Shown here in pieces: positions 15,001 to 30,000 of a DNA stretch of 64,000 bases. The DNA comes from Macrostomum lignano (taxonomy: Eukaryota), in NCBI GenBank assembly GCA_002269645.1, contig NIVC01001685.1, forward strand, positions 157,198-221,197, given 5' to 3'. The notes under the pieces are model-generated. The model saw only the letters and a list, made by a program, of their open reading frames with translations. It made no database searches and was not told the DNA's origin. The stretch's first letter is position 1. The number at the start of each line of letters is the position of its first letter. The position numbers were made by a program, and so were the translations under genes.

Positions 15001-18000
15001 GACACGGGAGAGTTACAGAGATGAGACACGGAGAGTTACAGAGATGAGACACGGAGAGTTACAGAGATGAGACACGGGAGAGTTACAGAGATGAGACACG
15101 GAGAGTTACAGAGATGAGACACGGAGAGTTACAGAGATGAGACACGGGAGAGTTACAGAGATGAGACACGGGAGAGTTACAGAGATGAGACACGGAGAGT
15201 TACAGAGATGAGACACGGGAGAGTTACAGAGATGAGACACGGAGAGTTACAGAGATGAGACACGGAGAGTTACAGAGATGAGACACGGAGAGTTACAGAG
15301 ATGAGACACGGGAGAGTTACAGAGATGAGACACGGGAGAGTTACAGAGATGAGACACGGGAGAGTTACAGAGATGAGACACGGGAGAGTTACAGAGATGA
15401 GACACGGGAGAGTTACAGAGATGAGACACGGAGAGTTACAGAGATGAGACACGGGAGAGTTACAGAGATGAGACACGGGAGAGTTACAGAGATGAGACAC
15501 GGGAGAGTTACAGAGATGAGACACGGGAGAGTTACAGAGATGAGACACGGGAGAGTTACAGAGATGAGACACGGGAGAGTTACAGAGATGAGACACGGAG
15601 AGTTACAGAGATGAGACACGGGAGAGTTACAGAGATGAGACACGGGAGAGTTACAGAGATGAGACACGGAGAGTTACAGAGATGAGACACGGGAGAGTTA
15701 CAGAGATGAGACACGGGAGAGTTACAGAGATGAGACACGGAGAGTTACAGAGATGAGACACGGAGAGTTACAGAGATGAGACACGGAGAGTTACAGAGAT
15801 GAGACACGGGAGAGTTACAGAGATGAGACACGGAGAGTTACAGAGATGAGACACGGGAGAGTTACAGAGATGAGACACGGAGAGTTACAGAGATGAGACA
15901 CGGGAGAGTTACAGAGATGAGACACGGAGAGTTACAGAGATGAGACACGGAGAGTTACAGAGATGAGACACGGGAGAGTTACAGAGATGAGACACGGAGA
16001 GTTACAGAGATGAGACACGGAGAGTTACAGAGATGAGACACGGAGAGTTACAGAGATGAGACACGGAGAGTTACAGAGATGAGACACGGAGAGTTACAGA
16101 GATGAGACACGGAGAGTTACAGAGATGAGACACGGAGAGTTACAGAGATGAGACACGGGAGAGTTACAGAGATGAGACACGGAGAGTTACAGAGATGAGA
16201 CACGGAGAGTTACAGAGATGAGACACGGAGAGTTACAGAGATGAGACACGGGAGAGTTACAGAGATGAGACACGGGAGAGTTACAGAGATGAGACACGGA
16301 GAGTTACAGAGATGAGACACGGGAGAGTTACAGAGATGAGACACGGGAGAGTTACAGAGATGAGACACGGAGAGTTACAGAGATGAGACACGGGAGAGTT
16401 ACAGAGATGAGACACGGAGAGTTACAGAGATGAGACACGGGAGAGTTACAGAGATGAGACACGGGAGAGTTACAGAGATGAGACACGGAGAGTTACAGAG
16501 ATGAGACACGGGAGAGTTACAGAGATGAGACACGGGAGAGTTACAGAGATGAGACACGGAGAGTTACAGAGATGAGACACGGAGAGTTACAGAGATGAGA
16601 CACGGAGAGTTAGAGATGAGACACGGAGAGTTACAGAGATGAGACACGGGAGAGTTACAGAGATGAGACACGGGAGAGTTACAGAGATGAGACACGGGAC
16701 AGTTACAGAGATGAGACACGGGAGAGTTACAGAGATGAGACACGGAGAGTTACAGAGATGAGACACGGAGAGTTACAGAGATGAGACACGGGAGAGTTAC
16801 AGAGATGAGACACGGGAGAGTTACAGAGATGAGACACGGGAGAGTTACAGAGATGAGACACGGGAGTTACAGAGATGAGACACGGAGAGTTACAGAGATG
16901 AGACACGGGAGAGTTACAGAGATGAGACACGGAGAGTTACAGAGATGAGACACGGGAGAGTTACAGAGATGAGACACGGGAGAGTTACAGAGATGAGACA
17001 CGGGAGAGTTACAGAGATGAGACACGGAGAGTTACAGAGATGAGACACGGGAGAGTTACAGAGATGAGACACGGGAGAGTTACAGAGATGAGACACGGAG
17101 AGTTACAGAGATGAGACACGGGAGAGTTACAGAGATGAGACACGGAGAGTTACAGAGATGAGACACGGAGAGTTACAGAGATGAGACACGGGAGTTACAG
17201 AGATGAGACACGGAGAGTTACAGAGATGAGACACGGGAGAGTTACAGAGATGAGACACGGAGAGTTACAGAGATGAGACACGGAGAGTTACAGAGATGAG
17301 ACACGGGAGAGTTACAGAGATGAGACACGGGAGAGTTACAGAGATGAGACACGGAGAGTTACAGAGATGAGACACGGAGAGTTACAGAGATGAGACACGG
17401 GAGAGTTACAGAGATGAGACACGGAGAGTTACAGAGATGAGACACGGAGAGTTACAGAGATGAGACACGGGAGAGTTACAGAGATGAGACACGGGAGAGT
17501 TACAGAGATGAGACACGGGAGAGTTACAGAGATGAGACACGGAGAGTTACAGAGATGAGACACGGAGAGTTACAGAGATGAGACACGGGAGAGTTACAGA
17601 GATGAGACACGGGAGAGTTACAGAGATGAGACACGGAGAGTTACAGAGATGAGACACGGGAGAGTTACAGAGATGAGACACGGAGAGTTACAGAGATGAG
17701 ACACGGAGAGTTACAGAGATGAGACACGGAGAGTTACAGAGATGAGACACGGGAGTTACAGAGATGAGACACGGGAGAGTTGCAGAGATGAGACACGGGA
17801 CAGTTACAGAGATGAGACACGGGAGAGTTGCAGAGATGAGACACGGGAGAGTTACAGAGATGAGACACGGGAGAGTTACAGAGATGAGACACGGGAGAGT
17901 TACAGAGATGAGACACGGGAGAGTTACAGAGATGAGACACGGAGAGTTACAGAGATGAGACACGGGAGAGTTACAGAGATGAGACACGGGAGAGTTACAG

Positions 18001-21000
18001 AGATGAGACACGGGAGAGTTACAGAGATGAGACACGGGAGAGTTACAGAGATGAGACACGGAGAGTTACAGAGATGAGACACGGGAGAGTTACAGAGATG
18101 AGACACGGAGAGTTACAGAGATGAGACACGGAGAGTTACAGAGATGAGACACGGGAGAGTTACAGAGATGAGACACGGAGAGTTACAGAGATGAGACACG
18201 GGAGTTACAGAGATGAGACACGGAGAGTTACAGAGATGAGACACGGAGAGTTACAGAGATGAGACACGGAGAGTTACAGAGATGAGACACGGGAGAGTTA
18301 CAGAGATGAGACACTGGAGAGTTACAGAGATGAGACACGGGAGAGTTACAGAGATGAGACACGGAGAGTTACAGAGATGAGACACTGGAGAGTTACAGAG
18401 ATGAGACACGGGAGAGTTACAGAGATGAGACACGGAGAGTTACAGAGATGAGACACGGGAGAGTTACAGAGATGAGACACGGAGAGTTACAGAGATGAGA
18501 CACGGAGAGTTACAGAGATGAGACACGGAGAGTTACAGAGATGAGACACGGAGAGTTACAGAGATGAGACACGGAGAGTTATAGAGATGAGACACGGGAG
18601 AGTTACAGAGATGAGACACGGGAGAGTTACAGAGATGAGACACGGAGAGTTACAGAGATGAGACACTGGAGAGTTACAGAGATGAGACACGGGAGAGTTA
18701 CAGAGATGAGACACGGAGAGTTACAGAGATGAGACACGGAGAGTTACAGAGATGAGACACGGAGAGTTACAGAGATGAGACACGGGAGAGTTACAGAGAT
18801 GAGACACGGGAGAGTTACAGAGATGAGACACGGGAGTTACAGAGATGAGACACGGAGAGTTACAGAGATGAGACACGGGAGAGTTACAGAGATGAGACAC
18901 GGGAGAGTTACAGAGATGAGACACGGAGAGTTACAGAGATGAGACACGGGAGAGTTACAGAGATGAGACACGGGAGAGTTACAGAGATGAGACACGGAGA
19001 GTTACAGAGATGAGACACGGAGAGTTACAGAGATGAGACACGGGAGAGTTACAGAGATGAGACACGGAGAGTTACAGAGATGAGACACGGAGAGTTAGAG
19101 ATGAGACACGGGAGAGTTACAGAGATGAGACACGGGAGAGTTACAGAGATGAGACACGGGAGAGTTACAGAGATGAGACACGGGACAGTTACAGAGATGA
19201 GACACGGGAGAGTTACAGAGATGAGACACGGAGAGTTACAGAGATGAGACACGGAGAGTTACAGAGATGAGACACGGAGAGTTACAGAGATGAGACACGG
19301 GAGAGTTACAGAGATGAGACACGGAGAGTTACAGAGATGAGACACGGGACAGTTACAGAGATGAGACACGGGAGAGTTACAGAGATGAGACACGGGAGAG
19401 TTACAGAGATGAGACACGGGAGTTACAGAGATGAGACACGGAGAGTTACAGAGATGAGACACGGAGAGTTACAGAGATGAGACACGGGAGAGTTACAGAG
19501 ATGAGACACGGAGAGTTACAGAGATGAGACACGGAGAGTTACAGAGATGAGACACGGAGAGTTACAGAGATGAGACACGGAGAGTTACAGAGATGAGACA
19601 CGGAGAGTTACAGAGATGAGACACGGGAGAGTTACAGAGATGAGACACGGAGAGTTACAGAGATGAGACACGGAGAGTTACAGAGATGAGACACTGGAGA
19701 GTTACAGAGATGAGACACGGGAGAGTTACAGAGATGAGACACGGGAGAGTTACAGAGATGAGACACGGAGAGTTACAGAGATGAGACACGGGAGAGTTAC
19801 AGAGATGAGACACGGGAGAGTTACAGAGATGAGACACGGAGAGTTACAGAGATGAGACACGGAGAGTTACAGAGATGAGACACGGGAGAGTTACAGAGAT
19901 GAGACACGGAGAGTTACAGAGATGAGACACGGAGAGTTACAGAGATGAGACACGGGAGAGTTACAGAGATGAGACACGGAGAGTTACAGAGATGAGACAC
20001 TGGAGAGTTACAGAGATGAGACACGGGAGAGTTACAGAGATGAGACACGGGAGAGTTACAGAGATGAGACACGGGAGAGTTACAGAGATGAGACACGGGA
20101 GAGTTACAGAGATGAGACACGGGAGAGTTACAGAGATGAGACACGGGAGAGTTACAGAGATGAGACACGGAGAGTTACAGAGATGAGACACGGGACAGTT
20201 AGAGATGAGACACGGGAGAGTTACAGAGATGAGACACGGGAGAGTTACAGAGATGAGACACGGGAGAGTTAGAGATGAGACACGGGAGAGTTACAGAGAT
20301 GAGACACGGGAGAGTTACAGAGATGAGACACGGAGAGTTACAGAGATGAGACACGGGACAGTTGTAGAGATGAGACACGGGAGAGTTAGAGATGAGACAC
20401 GGGAGAGTTACAGAGATGAGACACGGGAGAGTTACAGAGATGAGACACGGAGAGTTAGAGATGAGACACGGGAGAGTTACAGAGATGAGACACGGAGAGT
20501 TACAGAGATGAGACACGGGAGAGTTAGAGATGAGACACGGGAGAGTTACAGAGATGAGACACGGAGAGTTACAGAGATGAGACACGGAGAGTTACAGAGA
20601 TGAGACACGGGAGAGTTACAGAGATGAGACACGGGAGAGTTACAGAGATGAGACACGGGAGAGTTACAGAGATGAGACACGGGAGAGTTACAGAGATGAG
20701 ACACGGGAGAGTTACAGAGATGAGACACGGAGAGTTACAGAGATGAGACACGGGAGTTACAGAGATGAGACACGGAGAGTTACAGAGATGAGACACGGAG
20801 AGTTACAGAGATGAGACACGGAGAGTTACAGAGATGAGACACGGAGAGTTACAGAGATGAGACACGGGAGAGTTACAGAGATGAGACACGGAGAGTTACA
20901 GAGATGAGACACGGGAGTTACAGAGATGAGACACGGGAGAGTTACAGAGATGAGACACGGGAGAGTTACAGAGATGAGACACGGGAGAGTTACAGAGATG

Positions 21001-24000
21001 AGACACGGGAGAGTTACAGAGATGAGACACGGGAGAGTTACAGAGATGAGACACGGGAGAGTTACAGAGATGAGACACGGAGAGTTACAGAGATGAGACA
21101 CGGGAGAGTTACAGAGATGAGACACGGGAGAGTTACAGAGATGAGACACGGAGAGTTACAGAGATGAGACACGGAGAGTTACAGAGATGAGACACGGGAG
21201 AGTTACAGAGATGAGACACGGAGAGTTACAGAGATGAGACACGGAGAGTTACAGAGATGAGACACGGAGAGTTACAGAGATGAGACACGGGAGAGTTACA
21301 GAGATGAGACACGGAGAGTTACAGAGATGAGACACGGGAGAGTTACAGAGATGAGACACGGGAGAGTTACAGAGATGAGACACGGAGAGTTACAGAGATG
21401 AGACACGGAGAGTTACAGAGATGAGACACGGAGAGTTACAGAGATGAGACACGGAGAGTTACAGAGATGAGACACGGAGAGTTACAGAGATGAGACACGG
21501 GACAGTTACAGAGATGAGACACGGGAGAGTTACAGAGATGAGACACGGAGAGTTACAGAGATGAGACACGGAGAGTTACAGAGATGAGACACGGGAGAGT
21601 TACAGAGATGAGACACGGGAGAGTTACAGAGATGAGACACGGAGAGTTACAGAGATGAGACACGGGAGAGTTACAGAGATGAGACACGGGAGAGTTACAG
21701 AGATGAGACACGGGAGAGTTACAGAGATGAGACACGGGAGAGTTACAGAGATGAGACACGGAGAGTTACAGAGATGAGACACGGGAGAGTTACAGAGATG
21801 AGACACGGGAGAGTTACAGAGATGAGACACGGAGAGTTACAGAGATGAGACACGGGAGAGTTACAGAGATGAGACACGGGAGAGTTACAGAGATGAGACA
21901 CGGGAGAGTTACAGAGATGAGACACGGAGAGTTACAGAGATGAGACACGGAGAGTTACAGAGATGAGACACGGAGAGTTACAGAGATGAGACACGGAGAG
22001 TTACAGAGATGAGACACGGAGAGTTACAGAGATGAGACACGGAGAGTTACAGAGATGAGACACGGAGAGTTACAGAGATGAGACACGGAGAGTTACAGAG
22101 ATGAGACACGGAGAGTTACAGAGATGAGACACGGGAGAGTTACAGAGATGAGACACGGAGAGTTACAGAGATGAGACACGGAGAGTTACAGAGATGAGAC
22201 ACGGGAGAGTTACAGAGATGAGACACGGAGAGTTACAGAGATGAGACACGGGAGAGTTACAGAGATGAGACACGGGAGAGTTACAGAGATGAGACACGGG
22301 AGAGTTACAGAGATGAGACACGGAGAGTTACAGAGATGAGACACGGAGAGTTACAGAGATGAGACACGGAGAGTTACAGAGATGAGACACGGGAGAGTTA
22401 CAGAGATGAGACACGGAGAGTTACAGAGATGAGACACGGGAGAGTTACAGAGATGAGACACGGGAGAGTTACAGAGATGAGACACGGGAGAGTTACAGAG
22501 ATGAGACACGGGAGAGTTACAGAGATGAGACACGGAGAGTTACAGAGATGAGACACGGGAGTTACAGAGATGAGACACGGAGAGTTACAGAGATGAGACA
22601 CGGAGAGTTACAGAGATGAGACACGGGAGAGTTACAGAGATGAGACACGGGAGAGTTACAGAGATGAGACACGGGAGAGTTACAGAGATGAGACACGGGA
22701 GTTACAGAGATGAGACACGGAGAGTTACAGAGATGAGACACGGAGAGTTACAGAGATGAGACACGGGAGAGTTACAGAGATGAGACACGGAGAGTTACAG
22801 AGATGAGACACGGAGAGTTACAGAGATGAGACACGGGAGAGTTACAGAGATGAGACACGGAGAGTTACAGAGATGAGACACGGAGAGTTACAGAGATGAG
22901 ACACGGGAGAGTTACAGAGATGAGACACGGAGAGTTACAGAGATGAGACACGGGAGAGTTACAGAGATGAGACACGGGAGAGTTACAGAGATGAGACACG
23001 GGAGAGTTACAGAGATGAGACACGGGAGAGTTACAGAGATGAGACACGGAGAGTTACAGAGATGAGACACGGGAGAGTTACAGAGATGAGACACGGAGAG
23101 TTACAGAGATGAGACACGGGAGAGTTACAGAGATGAGACACGGAGAGTTACAGAGATGAGACACGGGAGAGTTACAGAGATGAGACACGGAGAGTTACAG
23201 AGATGAGACACGGGAGTTACAGAGATGAGACACGGGAGAGTTACAGAGATGAGACACGGAGAGTTACAGAGATGAGACACGGAGAGTTACAGAGATGAGA
23301 CACGGAGAGTTACAGAGATGAGACACGGAGAGTTACAGAGATGAGACACGGAGAGTTACAGAGATGAGACACGGAGAGTTACAGAGATGAGACACGGAGA
23401 GTTACAGAGATGAGACACGGAGAGTTACAGAGATGAGACACGGAGAGTTACAGAGATGAGACACGGAGAGTTACAGAGATGAGACACGGAGAGTTACAGA
23501 GATGAGACACGGAGAGTTACAGAGATGAGACACGGAGAGTTACAGAGATGAGACACGGGAGAGTTACAGAGATGAGACACGGGAGAGTTACAGAGATGAG
23601 ACACGGAGAGTTACAGAGATGAGACACGGAGAGTTACAGAGATGAGACACGGAGAGTTACAGAGATGAGACACGGAGAGTTACAGAGATGAGACACGGGA
23701 CAGAGATGAGACACGGGAGAGTTACAGAGATGAGACACGGAGAGTTACAGAGATGAGACACGGAGAGTTACAGAGATGAGACACGGGAGAGTTACAGAGA
23801 TGAGACACGGAGAGTTACAGAGATGAGACACGGGAGAGTTACAGAGATGAGACACGGGAGAGTTACAGAGATGAGACACGGAGAGTTACAGAGATGAGAC
23901 ACGGAGAGTTACAGAGATGAGACACGGGAGAGTTACAGAGATGAGACACGGAGAGTTACAGAGATGAGACACGGGAGTTACAGAGATGAGACACGGGAGT

Positions 24001-27000
24001 TACAGAGATGAGACACGGAGAGTTACAGAGATGAGACACGGGAGAGTTAGAGATGAGACACGGGAGAGTTACAGAGATGAGACACGGGAGAGTTACAGAG
24101 ATGAGACACGGGAGAGTTAGAGATGAGACACGGGAGTTAGAGATGAGACACGGGAGAGTTACAGAGATGAGACACGGGAGAGTTACAGAGATGAGACACG
24201 GGACAGTTAGAGATGAGACACGGGAGAGTTAGAGATGAGACACGGAGAGTTACAGAGATGAGACACGGGAGAGTTACAGAGATGAGACACGGGAGTTAGA
24301 GATGAGACACGGGAGAGTTACAGAGATGAGACACGGGAGAGTTACAGAGATGAGACACGGGAGAGTTAGAGATGAGACACGGAGAGTTACAGAGATGAGA
24401 CACGGGAGAGTTACAGAGATGAGACACGGGAGAGTTACAGAGATGAGACACGGGAGAGTTACAGAGATGAGACACGGGAGAGTTACAGAGATGAGACACG
24501 GGAGAGTTACAGAGATGAGACACGGGAGAGTTACAGAGATGAGACACGGAGAGTTACAGAGATGAGACACGGGAGAGTTACAGAGATGAGACACGGGAGA
24601 GTTACAGAGATGAGACACGGGAGAGTTACAGAGATGAGACACGGGAGAGTTACAGAGATGAGACACGGAGAGTTACAGAGATGAGACACGGGAGAGTTAC
24701 AGAGATGAGACACGGAGAGTTACAGAGATGAGACACGGGAGAGTTACAGAGATGAGACACGGGAGAGTTACAGAGATGAGACACGGGAGAGTTACAGAGA
24801 TGAGACACGGAGAGTTACAGAGATGAGACACGGGAGAGTTACAGAGATGAGACACGGAGAGTTACAGAGATGAGACACGGGAGAGTTACAGAGATGAGAC
24901 ACGGGAGAGTTACAGAGATGAGACACGGAGAGTTACAGAGATGAGACACGGGAGAGTTACAGAGATGAGACACGGAGAGTTACAGAGATGAGACACGGAG
25001 AGTTACAGAGATGAGACACGGAGAGTTACAGAGATGAGACACTGGAGAGTTACAGAGATGAGACACGGGAGAGTTACAGAGATGAGACACGGAGAGTTAC
25101 AGAGATGAGACACGGAGAGTTACAGAGATGAGACACGGAGAGTTACAGAGATGAGACACGGAGAGTTACAGAGATGAGACACGGAGAGTTACAGAGATGA
25201 GACACGGAGAGTTACAGAGATGAGACACGGAGAGTTACAGAGATGAGACACTGGAGAGTTACAGAGATGAGACACGGGAGAGTTACAGAGATGAGACACG
25301 GAGAGTTACAGAGATGAGACACTGGAGAGTTACAGAGATGAGACACGGGACAGTTACAGAGATGAGACACTGGAGAGTTACAGAGATGAGACACGGGAGA
25401 GTTACAGAGATGAGACACGGAGAGTTACAGAGATGAGACACGGAGAGTTACAGAGATGAGACACGGGAGAGTTACAGAGATGAGACACGGGAGAGTTACA
25501 GAGATGAGACACGGAGAGTTACAGAGATGAGACACGGAGAGTTACAGAGATGAGACACGGAGAGTTACAGAGATGAGACACGGGAGAGTTACAGAGATGA
25601 GACACGGAGAGTTACAGAGATGAGACACGGGAGAGTTACAGAGATGAGACACGGAGAGTTACAGAGATGAGACACGGGAGAGTTACAGAGATGAGACACG
25701 GAGAGTTACAGAGATGAGACACGGGAGAGTTACAGAGATGAGACACGGGAGTTAGAGATGAGACACGGGAGAGTTACAGAGATGAGACACGGGAGAGTTA
25801 CAGAGATGAGACACGGGAGAGTTAGAGATGAGACACGGGAGAGTTAGAGATGAGACACGGGAGTTAGAGATGAGACACGGGAGAGTTACAGAGATGAGAC
25901 ACGGGAGTTACAGAGATGAGACACGGAGAGTTAGAGATGAGACACGGGAGAGTTACAGAGATGAGACACGGAGAGTTACAGAGATGAGACACGGGAGAGT
26001 TACAGAGATGAGACACGGAGAGTTACAGAGATGAGACACGGGAGAGTTACAGAGATGAGACACGGAGAGTTACAGAGATGAGACACGGGAGAGTTAGAGA
26101 TGAGACACGGGACAGTTAGAGATGAGACACGGGAGAGTTACAGAGATGAGACACGGGAGTTACAGAGATGAGACACGGGAGAGTTACAGAGATGAGACAC
26201 GGAGAGTTACAGAGATGAGACACGGGAGAGTTACAGAGATGAGACACGGGAGAGTTACAGAGATGAGACACGGGAGAGTTACAGAGATGAGACACGGGAG
26301 AGTTACAGAGATGAGACACGGGAGAGTTACAGAGATGAGACACGGGAGAGTTACAGAGATGAGACACGGGAGAGTTAGAGATGAGACACGGGACAGTTAG
26401 AGATGAGACACGGGAGAGTTACAGAGATGAGACACGGGAGTTAGAGATGAGACACGGGAGGTTAGAGATGAGACACGGGAGAGTTACAGAGATGAGACAC
26501 GGGAGAGTTACAGAGATGAGACACGGAGAGTTAGAGATGAGACACGGGAGAGTTACAGAGATGAGACACGGAGAGTTACAGAGATGAGACACGGGAGAGT
26601 TACAGAGATGAGACACGGGAGAGTTACAGAGATGAGACACGGGAGAGTTAGAGATGAGACACGGGAGAGTTACAGAGATGAGACACGGGAGTTACAGAGA
26701 TGAGACACGGGACAGTTAGAGATGAGACACGGGAGAGTTACAGAGATGAGACACGGGAGTTACAGAGATGAGACACGGAGAGTTACAGAGATGAGACACG
26801 GAGAGTTACAGAGATGAGACACGGGAGAGTTACAGAGATGAGACACGGGAGAGTTACAGAGATGAGACACGGGAGAGTTACAGAGATGAGACACGGGAGA
26901 GTTACAGAGATGAGACACGGAGAGTTACAGAGATGAGACACTGGAGAGTTACAGAGATGAGACACGGGAGAGTTACAGAGATGAGACACGGAGAGTTACA

Positions 27001-30000
27001 GAGATGAGACACGGAGAGTTACAGAGATGAGACACGGAGAGTTACAGAGATGAGACACGGAGAGTTACAGAGATGAGACACGGGAGAGTTAGAGATGAGA
27101 CACGGGAGAGTTACAGAGATGAGACACGGAGAGTTACAGAGATGAGACACTGGAGAGTTACAGAGATGAGACACGGAGAGTTACAGAGATGAGACACGGG
27201 AGAGTTACAGAGATGAGACACGGGAGAGTTACAGAGATGAGACACTGGAGAGTTACAGAGATGAGACACGGAGAGTTACAGAGATGAGACACGGGAGAGT
27301 TACAGAGATGAGACACGGGAGAGTTACAGAGATGAGACACGGGAGAGTTACAGAGATGAGACACGGGAGAGTTACAGAGATGAGACACGGGAGAGTTACA
27401 GAGATGAGACACGGGAGAGTTACAGAGATGAGACACGGGAGAGTTACAGAGATGAGACACGGAGAGTTACAGAGATGAGACACGGGAGAGTTACAGAGAT
27501 GAGACACGGGAGAGTTAGAGATGAGACACGGAGAGTTACAGAGATGAGACACGGGAGAGTTACAGAGATGAGACACGGGAGAGTTACAGAGATGAGACAC
27601 GGGAGAGTTACAGAGATGAGACACGGGAGAGTTACAGAGATGAGACACGGGAGAGTTACAGAGATGAGACACGGGAGAGTTACAGAGATGAGACACGGGA
27701 GAGTTACAGAGATGAGACACGGAGAGTTACAGAGATGAGACACGGAGAGTTACAGAGATGAGACACGGAGAGTTACAGAGATGAGACACGGAGAGTTACA
27801 GAGATGAGACACGGAGAGTTACAGAGATGAGACACGGGAGAGTTACAGAGATGAGACACGGGAGAGTTACAGAGATGAGACACGGGAGAGTTACAGAGAT
27901 GAGACACGGGAGAGTTACAGAGATGAGACACGGGAGAGTTACAGAGATGAGACACGGGAGAGTTACAGAGATGAGACACGGGAGAGTTACAGAGATGAGA
28001 CACGGGAGACACGTTACAGAGATGAGACACGGAGAGTTACAGAGATGAGACACTGGAGAGTTACAGAGATGAGACACGGGAGAGTTATAGAGATGAGACA
28101 CGGGAGAGTTACAGAGATGAGACACGGAGAGTTACAGAGATGAGACACGGGACAGTTAGAGATGAGACACGGAGAGTTACAGAGATGAGACACGGGAGAG
28201 TTACAGAGATGAGACACGGGAGTTAGAGATGAGACACGGAGAGTTACAGAGATGAGACACGGGAGAGTTACAGAGATGAGACACGGGAGAGTTACAGAGA
28301 TGAGACACGGGACAGTTAGAGATGAGACACGGGAGAGTTAGAGATGAGACACGGGAGAGTTACAGAGATGAGACACGGGACAGTTAGAGATGAGACACGG
28401 GAGAGTTACAGAGATGAGACACGGGAGAGTTACAGAGATGAGACACGGGAGAGTTAGAGATGAGACACGGGAGAGTTACAGAGATGAGACACGGGAGAGT
28501 TACAGAGATGAGACACGGAGAGTTACAGAGATGAGACACGGAGAGTTAGAGATGAGACACGGAGAGTTACAGAGATGAGACACGGAGAGTTACAGAGATG
28601 AGACACGGAGAGTTACAGAGATGAGACACGGAGAGTTACAGAGATGAGACACGGGAGAGTTACAGAGATGAGACACGGGAGAGTTACAGAGATGAGACAC
28701 GGAGAGTTACAGAGATGAGACACGGGAGAGTTACAGAGATGAGACACGGGAGAGTTACAGAGATGAGACACGGGAGAGTTACAGAGATGAGACACGGGAG
28801 AGTTACAGAGATGAGACACGGAGAGTTACAGAGATGAGACACGGGAGAGTTACAGAGATGAGACACGGGAGAGTTACAGAGATGAGACACGGAGAGTTAC
28901 AGAGATGAGACACGGAGAGTTACAGAGATGAGACACGGAGAGTTACAGAGATGAGACACGGGAGAGTTACAGAGATGAGACACGGAGAGTTACAGAGATG
29001 AGACACGGAGAGTTACAGAGATGAGACACGGGAGAGTTACAGAGATGAGACACGGGAGAGTTATAGAGATGAGACACGGGAGAGTTACAGAGATGAGACA
29101 CGGAGAGTTACAGAGATGAGACACGGGAGAGTTATAGAGATGAGACACGGAGAGTTACAGAGATGAGACACGGGAGAGTTACAGAGATGAGACACGGGAG
29201 AGTTACAGAGATGAGACACGGAGAGTTACAGAGATGAGACACGGGACAGAGATGAGACACGGAGAGTTACAGAGATGAGACACGGAGAGTTACAGAGATG
29301 AGACACGGAGAGTTACAGAGATGAGACACGGGAGAGTTACAGAGATGAGACACGGGAGAGTTACAGAGATGAGACACGGAGAGTTACAGAGATGAGACAC
29401 GGGAGAGTTATAGAGATGAGACACTGGAGAGTTACAGAGATGAGACACGGGACAGTTAGAGATGAGACACGGGAGAGTTACAGAGATGAGACACGGAGAG
29501 TTACAGAGATGAGACACGGGACAGTTGTAGAGATGAGACACGGGAGAGTTGCAGAGATGAGACACGGGAGAGTTACAGAGATGAGACACGGGACAGTTGT
29601 AGAGATGAGACACGGGACAGTTAGAGATGAGACACGGAGAGTTAGAGATGAGACACGGGAGAGTTACAGAGATGAGACACGGAGAGTTAGAGATGAGACA
29701 CGGGACAGTTGTAGAGATGAGACACGGGAGAGTTACAGAGATGAGACACGGGAGAGTTACAGAGATGAGACACGGGAGTTAGAGATGAGACACGGGAGAG
29801 TTACAGAGATGAGACACGGAGAGTTACAGAGATGAGACACGGGAGAGTTAGAGATGAGACACGGGAGAGTTGTAGAGATGAGACACGGGAGAGTTAGAGA
29901 TGAGACACGGGAGAGTTACAGAGATGAGACACGGGACAGTTACAGAGATGAGACACGGAGAGTTACAGAGATGAGACACGGGAGAGTTACAGAGATGAGA

